From the IMG/VR virus record IMGVR_UViG_3300017917_001274, positions 4,128-68,127 of that record: DNA of 64,000 bases; one strand, given 5' to 3'. Below are positions 39,371-48,145 of this stretch, piece after piece. The DNA comes from a virus. Made by a program: the position numbers and the translations under genes. A model generated the notes under the pieces. It did not search any database and was not told the DNA's origin. It worked only from the letters and a program-made list of their open reading frames with translations. The first letter of the stretch is position 1. The number at the start of each line of letters is the position of its first letter.

Positions 39371-39640
39371 ATGACCTATACCACAACTATCAATCTCAAC
39401 CGTTTCGTAGAGCAACACAACTCTTGGGAAGCCCTGTTCAAACAGCCTCCACTACGCATTGGACGTGATAACCAAAAGATCGCCAATGCCATTGATTCAG
39501 CACTGAGCCCAGAGAACCTAACCTGCGACGGTGAATTATCCAGCAGTGCGGTGCGCCAACGCTGGGATCACCTAACAGCGGCAGCCAGGGAGTTACAGCA
39601 GTTGGATCCCACAGTGACCTTTTACGAATACGCAGAGTAA
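39371..39640 (+). CDS. Hypothetical early protein (LSPENLTCDGE type)
   Basis: Promoter 39311, GGAGCGAG RBS. Confidence 0.65.
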   Translation: MTYTTTINLNRFVEQHNSWEALFKQPPLRIGRDNQKIANAIDSALSPENLTCDGELSSSAVRQRWDHLTAAARELQQLDPTVTFYEYAE

Positions 39641-39648
39641 ATATCTAT

Positions 39649-40023
39649 ATGGAAACAATAATTCTCACTGTGGCAGCGTTTGTGTTAGGCTGGATCCTGA
39701 GTGCCTTCGTGACCACGGTCCGACAGGCACAGGCCTTTAAGCAGATCCTCAATGATCTGGGCGTAACCACTGAGCAACTGCTCAAACTCCGGGATCGCAT
39801 TGATCAAGAGGACGAACCCCAGGATCTGCCACGTGAAACCGTAGTAGAAGTCACCCTGGAACAGCACAATGATGTAATCTATGCGTATCGTAAGAGTGAC
39901 AGCCAGTTCTTGGGCCAGGGCACAGATCGCGAAGCTCTGATCCAGCATCTAAACCACACATTTGCTCGTGGTGCTCGCATAATCATCCGTGAACAGGACG
40001 GCGCAGACTTGGTAAAACCTTAG
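39649..40023 (+). CDS. Hypothetical protein with N-terminal TM
   Basis: 124 aa. Confidence 0.55.
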   Translation: METIILTVAAFVLGWILSAFVTTVRQAQAFKQILNDLGVTTEQLLKLRDRIDQEDEPQDLPRETVVEVTLEQHNDVIYAYRKSDSQFLGQGTDREALIQHLNHTFARGARIIIREQDGADLVKP

Positions 40024-40101
40024 CAGCAGTAGGGTTATTTGCTACTTGACAAATTGGGCTCCCTGTGTTATACTGTTTTTAAGTTAACAAAAGGAGCGAA
40101 T

Positions 40102-41370
40102 ATGCAAAGTTATAAAGTAACATTTACAGTGTATGTAGAAGCAGAAGATGCGGAGCAAGCACAGGAGCAAGCCGTAGAGTTTGCCTCCGAAGAAGATTTA
40201 ACATTTATCGCTGATATTAACACAGAGATTGTGTAATGTCAATAGCCCTACAACACGTAGGGCTATTATTTTGGTTGACATTTTGGACAAGTTATGTTAC
40301 AATATGAACATGAACTTAGCAAACATAGCCAAACATTTAGCATTGATCAGTACCCTCGCTGGAGCAGGTGCAACAGCATTAGCTTGGGATCCCCTGAACA
40401 TAGTATTACTGAACGTAGGATCAGTATTATATCTATACTGGAGTTACACAGTTAGAGACTGGAACCTCGTAGCAGTGAATTCAGGCTTATTGACAATCTA
40501 CGCAATTGGTGCTATAATTAGATTATCATAAAGAAGGAGCGAAACAAATGACTATACAGAGACTTGGAGCAGCATACATCATCGGCGGCCTACTACTCAC
40601 AATGGGTGCAGTGGGCGGCATGGAAACTCAACCTGAAGCTTCATTGCTGGCACAGTGCCTGGCAGCAGTGAGCGGACTTATACTAATGTACACAGGCACA
40701 AGACTAATTAAGGAATAATATGACATTGAAACAGAGAGCGTTATTGGATGTGGCCAAGATGTTTGGCCTTGGAGCAGGAGTAGGAGTTGCGGTAGCACTC
40801 AGCGGCATCTACATTGGACAGATCCCTACTATGATTGTAGTGGGCTTGATCAGTATAGGATACCTGTGCAAGGTCTGCTATGACATGCGAGTAAGCCAGC
40901 TACAGTTTGAAGCTGATCGTGTTGAACGAGCATTGAAGAAATGATAACCATCACAGGGCTCACGCCCAAACAGAAGGCCCTGATCAGTGTGATGTGGGAC
41001 TTGGACACCATGGACCGTGTGCGAGCATTCATCAGCACACTGCCCAGGAGGGATCAAGTAGATGCACAAGGGCTGCTTGAGATAGCCATATGGGAATCAA
41101 TAGAACAACAGGAAGGATTGGAACAGTATGAACAGACTGCTAAAGATCTTATTAGTCACTGTAGCCGTAAGTAGTACTGTATTAACTACGGGCTGTGCGC
41201 AGATACACGCAGAGTTAAAGCGTGATCGCAGAGATGCGCCCTGGGACCCAAAGCCGGGACAACAGTTGTTCTCACAGATACCAGCCTGGGATGGTGCTGC
41301 CAATAGAGTCTGTGGGGGACACTTGACTGAAGAAGAGAGGCGGGCCACTGGGAAGAGCCCGAGGTGTTGA
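40102..41370 (+). CDS. Cluster of small early ORFs (40102-40236, ~40303-40531, 40548-40718, 40720-40944, 40941-41174, 41128-41370)
   Basis: Each has an RBS or translational coupling. Several are TM peptides; the last has a lipobox (TTGC). Confidence 0.5.
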
Positions 41371-41738
41371 GGGGTGACCGGTATAGTATGTTAGTGTACA
41401 CTAACGTTTTTTAGCGTGGTAGTGGTCTAAAATCACCACCCAGAAAAGATAAGTACTCCACCCAAATTTTTTGCGCGGCTATTTTTTTACCCTGCAGGAC
41501 CCTTTTGGGCTATATACACATTATGGAATTACTGACTTTAATCATGGTAGCATTGTTGGGCTATCAAGTTACCATGCCCGCAGTGGACAATGGCAGATAC
41601 ACTTTTAACATAGATCCCCGGGACAGTTCTGTGATCGTAATGAACACACAAACGGGCCAGATGTTTCGCTGCACACAGGACTTTAAATGTTCCAACGGTC
41701 TTGATCTACACAATGCCATTGAACCAAAGAAATAAGCT

Positions 41739-42181
41739 ATGAAACTGTTCATCCTACAATTGCTCACTGCTGTAACTGCCACAGGATTTATCACGCTCAC
41801 AGTCACTCACATGCACTATGATCCCTTCCACTTTGAGCTGTTATTATGGTTACAGCATTGGATCACAGCCATTCCCATAGCACTGATAACTGTTAGATAT
41901 ATTGCTCCATGGTATAAAAAGGTGTTTAAACTGTGATCTACGAAACTCGTACACGCAGTCTTGTCAAAACAGTCATATATCGCATATGGGTCTTGATCAC
42001 CACGTACTGTATGTTATTGATCACTGGACAGAGTCTTAGTCAAGCTCTTGTGCCCACTATAATCATAAACTGTATATGGATGACTTCATTCTACTTGTAC
42101 GATCGCTTATGGGCTCGTATCACATGGGGTAGAGTCAGTACTAACCATACTAAGGAAAGTCATAGTACTAAAAAGCCATAA
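41739..42181 (+). CDS. Two small membrane proteins (DUF2798-like 41739-41936; DUF2061-like 41933-42181)
   Basis: ETRTRSLVKTVIYRI...YLYDRLWARITWG is typical of DUF2061. Confidence 0.55.
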
Positions 42182-42587
42182 ATCGTCATATAATCAGTGT
42201 AAGTACACCGTAAATAATTATATGAATACAGCAGAGTTTTTTGCAGGCGTGCTCATGATTGCATTGGGATTGATACATGTATTCATGTGATCAGTGCTGA
42301 TAGTTTACCTCGAGCCTCTGCAACTACCACAACAACAGTTGTTGACCCATTGGTCACACTCTGTACACTATTGGCCCAGATCGTGGTCACATACTGATGC
42401 TTACAATGCAGCCATACCCATAGATTGGTGGTTGCTGTTCAAGAACGCACAGTTGGCTGATCTATGGTTATTAAAGTATCCAGAACAATCACGTATCATA
42501 AGAACACTGTTTGACACAGATGATCCGCAGATAGAACGATAAACACACGGTAGATTGGAGATCGCCGGGGACACAGAAATCGCTACC

Positions 42588-42666
42588 TTTTTTGCGCTGC
42601 TTCGCAGCTTACTTCGTAATTTTTGCGCTGACGCTTCGCGCTCTAAAATTGCGCTGCGGCTTCGCC
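42588..42666 (-). repeat. Triple repeat of GCGAAGC hairpin + CAGCGCAA unit
   Basis: GCTTCGC at 42599, 42633 and 42659 (GCGAAGC on the minus strand), each preceded on + by TTGCGCTG. Confidence 0.65.
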
Positions 42667-42684
42667 TTAGTTCTTAAATACACC

Positions 42685-43290
42685 ATGAGCAAGATCACAC
42701 CCTTATTCAGTATGCCCATGTACACTGAGATCCTGGATTTATCTCAATGTCCGGATCACTGTAGTGTAGAGTTCAATCAATTTTATGATCTCAGCCAAAG
42801 CACGGACAATCACATCTTAGACACTGAGCCGTGGCAGCCTTTGCGAACACAGATAGATCAGTGTTTGAGGGAACTGTTCCACAGCTATCTGAGTGCTGTT
42901 GAGGGAGTGGAATTGATCATAACACAGAGCTGGATCAATCGCTATGAGCAGGGGCAGAGCCAGCCCAGACACTTTCACTCAAACAGTGTGTTTTCTGGTG
43001 TGATCATGCTGTGTGATCATCCTTCAGATCTTGAGTTTTATTCTCCACATCGCAGCAATCATCGCTGGGACATACGAGAACTAAACATTTGGAACAGCCA
43101 CAGTTGGCGCATGCCCTGTGAACGAGGACTGCTGATCATCACTCCTTCTGTGTTGGATCATCAGACACAGATCAATCAATCTGGGCAGGATCGTTGGAGC
43201 ATGGCCTTTGACACTGAGATACAAGGTGACACACAGTGGGTACGGCAAGTTTCAGAAACACTGGGCAATCTCTCCAGATTCCGTTCGTGA
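42685..43290 (+). CDS. 2OG-Fe(II) oxygenase (TIGR02466-like)
   Basis: SWIN...HFHSNSVFSGV...PSVLDH...RWSMAFD. Confidence 0.8.
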   Translation: MSKITPLFSMPMYTEILDLSQCPDHCSVEFNQFYDLSQSTDNHILDTEPWQPLRTQIDQCLRELFHSYLSAVEGVELIITQSWINRYEQGQSQPRHFHSNSVFSGVIMLCDHPSDLEFYSPHRSNHRWDIRELNIWNSHSWRMPCERGLLIITPSVLDHQTQINQSGQDRWSMAFDTEIQGDTQWVRQVSETLGNLSRFRS

Positions 43291-43316
43291 TCATAAACTG
43301 ATCAGTTAAATATCTC

Positions 43317-43568
43317 ATGCTAAAAAATATCATTGATTTTGTATTCCCACCGGGTCGCACAGATTGGGAAACATTAACAGAAGGCCTGTATGCCAACGAA
43401 TACACTGATCCCCAAGTTCGTGATCAGATTGCTCAAAGTTACTCAGCTCGTTGGAGTCAGCCACTGCCCACACCGGCCACAGCACCATGGCTGTTTGATC
43501 CGCTGACACCACCCCAGGGATGGCGCTATGATCCCTACTATGAAATTTGGATAAAATTCAAGGACTGA
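43317..43568 (+). CDS. Hypothetical protein
   Basis: 83 aa with TAAATA upstream. Confidence 0.5.
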   Translation: MLKNIIDFVFPPGRTDWETLTEGLYANEYTDPQVRDQIAQSYSARWSQPLPTPATAPWLFDPLTPPQGWRYDPYYEIWIKFKD

Positions 43569-43569
43569 T

Positions 43570-44739
43570 ATGATCACTACTATGTTTATTATCGCTGCCA
43601 TGGTCATGATACCATGGATCGTATGGCGACTGCTGCGACTGGAGTCGTGGATGCCTTTGCCTATGTTCCAGATATTCTGCGGCATATTGATCGGGCCGTC
43701 GGCTCTGGGAGCTTATCATCCTGAGATCTTTAGTACCCTGTTCACACCCGGTGTCAGAGCCAGTTTGGACACCATACAGACCATGGCCATTATCATATTT
43801 GCGTTCATGGCAGGTCTTGAGTTAAAACCCCGAGAAGTGTTGGCACAGGAAGGACAGGGCATATGGCTCAAGGCCTTCCAAGTCATAGTTTTGCCCATAG
43901 GCCTGGCTGCAGCCTGTTTTGCCATATTTTTCGATTCGGGCATATGGCACGATCCTTCAGCAGGACTAATGCAGTTTGCTTGGGCCATGGGTGTGGCCAC
44001 ATGTATCACTGCTCTGCCCATGTTGGTTGTGGCTTCCAAGAGCATAGGCATCTACGGCACAGATCTTTATCGTAGACTGTTGGCCTTGGTCACATTTGAT
44101 GATCTTATACTTTGGTTGACCATAGGCTTGATCATTGCCTTTGGCAAGACCATGATGTTGGCTTCTGTGTTCTTTGCAGCCACAGCTTTGGTCTATTGGT
44201 TATATCCCAGATTGATGAACTGGCTGGGCGAAAGCTCATGGCCCACACTCACTGTGGCTCTGGTCTTTACTTGGGCAGCATTCAGCCATTGGGCAGGCCT
44301 ACACTGGCTATTAGGTGGTTTCCTTGCTGGCATGATCATACCACGAGAAACCACTAAATGGTTGGGCGGTATGGCTGAACATCAAATGTATTGGTTAATG
44401 CCTGTGTTCTTTATCTGGACTGGCTTGAAAGTACAGTGGACCAGCCCGTTAGAAATAATTCTTGGTGCTGCTGTGGGCATGTATATGATCGCAGTTGTGA
44501 CAAAGTTTGTGGGAGTTTGGTTGGCCTATCGCAGCGAGGGTATCCGCAGGGTCATGTTCAAAACTGCTCTGCTACAGAACAAAGGGCTGATGGAGATCTT
44601 CTTGGCCACAGTCTTGCTCAAAGCACAGATCATCACAGGCGACATGTTTGCCGCAGTGGTCATAATGAGTCTAATTTCCACAGGTTCAGCAGTGCCCTTG
44701 GCTCGTTTAGTAGATGATAAAACTGCAAAATCTGCATAA
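43570..44739 (+). CDS. Cation:proton antiporter (CPA2/Kef-type)
   Basis: About 12 TM helices; GILIGPSALG, F.AGLEL, ITALP, TFDD, LGGFLAG, KGLME. Confidence 0.85.
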   Translation: MITTMFIIAAMVMIPWIVWRLLRLESWMPLPMFQIFCGILIGPSALGAYHPEIFSTLFTPGVRASLDTIQTMAIIIFAFMAGLELKPREVLAQEGQGIWLKAFQVIVLPIGLAAACFAIFFDSGIWHDPSAGLMQFAWAMGVATCITALPMLVVASKSIGIYGTDLYRRLLALVTFDDLILWLTIGLIIAFGKTMMLASVFFAATALVYWLYPRLMNWLGESSWPTLTVALVFTWAAFSHWAGLHWLLGGFLAGMIIPRETTKWLGGMAEHQMYWLMPVFFIWTGLKVQWTSPLEIILGAAVGMYMIAVVTKFVGVWLAYRSEGIRRVMFKTALLQNKGLMEIFLATVLLKAQIITGDMFAAVVIMSLISTGSAVPLARLVDDKTAKSA

Positions 44740-44966
44740 ATATCATTATGGATAATAACATGTACTTGTTGCCCATGGCTCGTAATGTAGTCACTGGGCA
44801 AACTGTGAAAAATCAAGATCTCACTGGTGCAAGGTATACTCAACAGCAGTATGCCTTGGCCGAAGAGCAGGCTCGTGTTCTTGCTGAAAAAATGTCTACG
44901 AGAACTGGTGTGCCCTGGGTAGGATTTGTCAAACCCTACGTACCTTCAATTCGAAACGAACAGTAA

Positions 44967-45404
44967 TTATCTGTAAAGATAGTTCACTGTGTCTGAATTT
45001 TCTCTGTAGGTTTCAGCACCGTTTTTATGATGGAATCTGCGAGCCATTTCTGTTTTTGGACTCAGCGTGACATAGACATCCACTTCTGGATGTTCTTTTT
45101 TGATCTGCGCTTGAGCCTGCTCGATTAGAGTACGACCTGCACCTGCAGCATATGACCAAATGGTATAAAACACAGCAGTATTGGTATGCACTGCACGATC
45201 AGCCAATTCATCAACAGCAGCTGGAATATGATCCAAAAACTTCACGCAGGTCACTGCCAGAGGTTGATCATTTTCATCTTTGAGCACGAAAATCTCACTG
45301 TTTTCGTTGACTCGTTGCTCTGCAGGAATTTCTGGACGAACTGGATCGTCTTTGATTAGATTTAGTAAGTTGTCTGATAGATCGCGGATTATATGTAACA
45401 TCAT
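44967..45404 (-). CDS. GNAT-fold protein (resembles malonyl-CoA decarboxylase C-terminal region)
   Basis: TAVFYTIWSY..GAGRTLI...VTLSP...RRFH..NGA. Confidence 0.5.
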   Translation of the reverse strand: MMLHIIRDLSDNLLNLIKDDPVRPEIPAEQRVNENSEIFVLKDENDQPLAVTCVKFLDHIPAAVDELADRAVHTNTAVFYTIWSYAAGAGRTLIEQAQAQIKKEHPEVDVYVTLSPKTEMARRFHHKNGAETYRENSDTVNYLYR

Positions 45405-45539
45405 CGTGCCCCTGTTGATGGATTATATGCGTATTTATTATTCACGGCAAAAAACCGCATTTTTGGTGCCCTGTGGCCTTGTCCGATTAAATATTTTACT
45501 GTATAATAAAATTATACGCAACCACAAGGAGTTCAAAAT

Positions 45540-46214
45540 ATGTTTGCTTCAACCACTGTTCGTTCTGCATCAGAAATTAATTCAGCTATGGGACGAGTCT
45601 ATGGTCACATGGCACTGGCTGTGTTAGTCAGTATGTTTGCCAGTATGCTGGTGGCCAGTTCACCTGCTCTAATGGCAGTGATGTTTGGCACCGGTTTAAA
45701 ATGGGTCATAATGTTTGCACCATTGGTGGCAGTTTTAGGCATGAGTTTGGCCTTTGATAAAATGAGCAAGAGCACACTACAGATTCTTCTGTATGCATTT
45801 GCAGTCCTAATGGGCGTGAGTTTTGCCACAATCTTTGTGGTCTATCAGATAGGCAGCATTGTGTCGGCTTTTATGGGCGGTGCTATTTTATTTGGCACAC
45901 TGAGTTTCTGGGGTTACTTTACCAAGAAAGATCTTACTTCATGGGGCACGTTCCTGTTAGTAGGTTTGATCGCTGTGGTACTGGCATCCATCGTTAATAT
46001 CTTTATTGGTAGTTCAGCATTGGCCATGACTGTGAGTGCTGTGGCTATTCTTGTGTTCTTGGGTTTGACTGCCTATGACACACAGCGAATCAGAGAGTTA
46101 GTCAGCTATGAAAACGATGGTAAAGCAGAAATCATGGGCGCACTAAGCCTGTATCTAAACTTTATCAATATCTTTATCAGCTTGTTACAATTATTCGGCA
46201 ATAGAAACGAATAA
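45540..46214 (+). CDS. Bax inhibitor-1/YccA family membrane protein
   Basis: About 7 TM helices; RVYGHM, TKKDLT, TAYDTQRI, GALSLYLNFINIF. Confidence 0.9.
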   Translation: MFASTTVRSASEINSAMGRVYGHMALAVLVSMFASMLVASSPALMAVMFGTGLKWVIMFAPLVAVLGMSLAFDKMSKSTLQILLYAFAVLMGVSFATIFVVYQIGSIVSAFMGGAILFGTLSFWGYFTKKDLTSWGTFLLVGLIAVVLASIVNIFIGSSALAMTVSAVAILVFLGLTAYDTQRIRELVSYENDGKAEIMGALSLYLNFINIFISLLQLFGNRNE

Positions 46215-46801
46215 TGGTAGATACTGAATACTATCTGCGACATTGGCTCGCACCAGACTACGTTAAAGGTACTGAAAACAATTTTCATCTTGTTGATCAG
46301 TACCTTAAAACACCACCTAAAAGAATCTTAGATATTGGCTGCGGTTACGCCAATGTGTCAAGCCTGTTTCAACAAAAGTACGGATGTGAACTGTACTTGT
46401 TAGACGGTGATTTTGCTGACAATAATCCAGAAGCCGCAAGGAAGGCCAAATACGGTCCAGTAGAAGACTTTTTGTTTTATTCTCCAGTGAGTAAGCTCAA
46501 AGAACAATGGGATCGTCAAGGTATGACTTATACTTTTGTAGATGCCAACAACATCCATATTGATCCTGATGTGAAATTCGATGTTGTCTACAGTTGGATC
46601 AGCTGCGGATTTCATTATCCAGTGGCCACATATAAAGATCTAATTCTTAGACACACCACTGAAGATTCAGTGATCATAATGGACTTTAGAAGAAAGTTAG
46701 TTGGTCACGAACAATCGCTGGCTGGCTTTGAAGTTGTACATCGTCTTGAAGGTGATGACACTTCGAAGAAAAACAAACTACATATCAGATTCCCACGTTA
46801 A
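46214..46801 (+). CDS. Class I SAM-dependent methyltransferase
   Basis: ILDIGCGYA, FDVVYSWISCGFHYP. Confidence 0.8.
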   Translation: MVDTEYYLRHWLAPDYVKGTENNFHLVDQYLKTPPKRILDIGCGYANVSSLFQQKYGCELYLLDGDFADNNPEAARKAKYGPVEDFLFYSPVSKLKEQWDRQGMTYTFVDANNIHIDPDVKFDVVYSWISCGFHYPVATYKDLILRHTTEDSVIIMDFRRKLVGHEQSLAGFEVVHRLEGDDTSKKNKLHIRFPR

Positions 46802-47511
46802 TCTAATATGTTGTTCTGTTGCTCAAGGCTGAGCTGTTGATCTTCCAGTTCTCGAATTTTATCTGTGATTTGATCAATTAAACCAAGATTGCGAAGAATC
46901 TTAAACACAAGATTTTCCACGGACCATTCACCGGCACGTTCTAATCCTGCTTTTCGCATCTTGGTAATTTTTTCTTTGACTACTCTAAGTTTGGCAAGAT
47001 CTTTACTTAGTAGAGCAGTTTCTATATCATGTAGCACAGCATCTTTTTTGGCTTCGATGGCTGCATCGTCAAGTTTAGGTTTGACTTTCTTTGGAGCTAC
47101 TAACCATTTGTCTTTCATCAAACTGAAAACACCTGTGCTGTGATGAGGTTCGTCTTCACCTTGCACATAACATTCTACAGGCAGACCCTTGATAGTGATG
47201 TTATGTTGCTCACCCCAAAGAGCTTTTTTGGCATTGAATAATTCTCGTTGTTCGTCTGTGGGCGTTCCAGGAATAATCAAATGTAGATCAAGATCGCTGT
47301 ACTCTGTCCAAGTATAATTAGCGTTCGATCCTGTAATGGTGTAATCTATAACGTCAAGATCGATACCTATAAATTCTTCAAAAGCTCGAGCAATATCTTC
47401 CAGCTTGGCTGCCACTTCTATGTCTAATTTGTCGCCGTCCCATATCTTGGGATTTAATCTACGATTAACTGTGACTATATCTGAGCGTTCATCGATTTGA
47501 CGTAATCGCAT
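46798..47511 (-). CDS. Pol-beta-superfamily nucleotidyltransferase
   Basis: ITGSNANY...SDLDLHL and PVECYVQ. Confidence 0.7.
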   Translation of the reverse strand: MRLRQIDERSDIVTVNRRLNPKIWDGDKLDIEVAAKLEDIARAFEEFIGIDLDVIDYTITGSNANYTWTEYSDLDLHLIIPGTPTDEQRELFNAKKALWGEQHNITIKGLPVECYVQGEDEPHHSTGVFSLMKDKWLVAPKKVKPKLDDAAIEAKKDAVLHDIETALLSKDLAKLRVVKEKITKMRKAGLERAGEWSVENLVFKILRNLGLIDQITDKIRELEDQQLSLEQQNNILD

Positions 47512-47512
47512 T

Positions 47513-47890
47513 TCAAACTCCGAAACGATTTTTCTTAGGCTTGGACACTGGACTTTGATTATTAACTGTGTCTAACTCGTGGCTTTCTAAATCGCCGCGA
47601 TTTAAATCTTTGTAATCAGCACCCACTGTTTTATAAGCTAATTTAAGCATTTCTGCTTCTTCTTGAGTATAAGGATGTGTGCTTTTACTTTTGCCTATCC
47701 AACTTTTAGCAGCCATATCGGGTGGAGTTTTTCCGTCGGTACCGGCCACAGCCATACCCAATCTATAGGCTACATAATCACTGTTCCAGCGTTCTGAATC
47801 TCCGTAGACGTGCAGACCTTTGGTACTTTGGTCTTGTCTTTTGCTGATTTTCTTCTGAGTTACTTCAGTGATAAATTCTTTTGCTCGCAT
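47513..47890 (-). CDS. Probable internal head protein
   Basis: N-terminus MRAKEFITE closely resembles the T4 internal-protein capsid-targeting sequence; TAAATA upstream. Confidence 0.55.
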   Translation of the reverse strand: MRAKEFITEVTQKKISKRQDQSTKGLHVYGDSERWNSDYVAYRLGMAVAGTDGKTPPDMAAKSWIGKSKSTHPYTQEEAEMLKLAYKTVGADYKDLNRGDLESHELDTVNNQSPVSKPKKNRFGV

Positions 47891-47893
47891 CCA

Positions 47894-48145
47894 TTATTTA
47901 GCCCACATTAGGGCGTACTGAGTAGCTAATTTATCTGTGTAAATTTCAGCAACAACGTAGGTATAAGGGTCGTTGATTTTTTGTTCTACAACTAACTGAC
48001 ACTGAGCAGGATCCTGATTTTTAAGCCATTGTATATGATCAACACCTGCTTGGCGATGTACACTGGGCCAATCTATGTCTATATTTTCTGAAAATCCTGA
48101 TTCGGGACTAAAATATTTTGCTAATTTAAAACGGTGCGTCTTCAT
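47894..48145 (-). CDS. Hypothetical protein
   Basis: 83 aa, overlapping the helicase 3' end. Confidence 0.5.
   Translation of the reverse strand: MKTHRFKLAKYFSPESGFSENIDIDWPSVHRQAGVDHIQWLKNQDPAQCQLVVEQKINDPYTYVVAEIYTDKLATQYALMWAK

Larger units (their letters stand above)
27998..40518 (+). promoter_or_regulatory. Array of ~18 near-consensus sigma70 (early) promoters
   Basis: TTGACA-like -35 with ~17-bp spacer to TATAAT/TATACT/TACAAT-like -10, at 27998, 28671, 29593, 30114, 31700, 32234, 32928, 34152, 35487, 36213, 36666, 37529, 38645, 39091, 39311, 40046, 40275 and 40490. Confidence 0.85.

Noticed and set aside
42592-42684. N-terminal extension of the 2OG oxygenase given in the ORF track
   Set aside because: It runs through the GCGAAGC repeat block and a TAAATA promoter. 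ATG 42685 is the plausible start.
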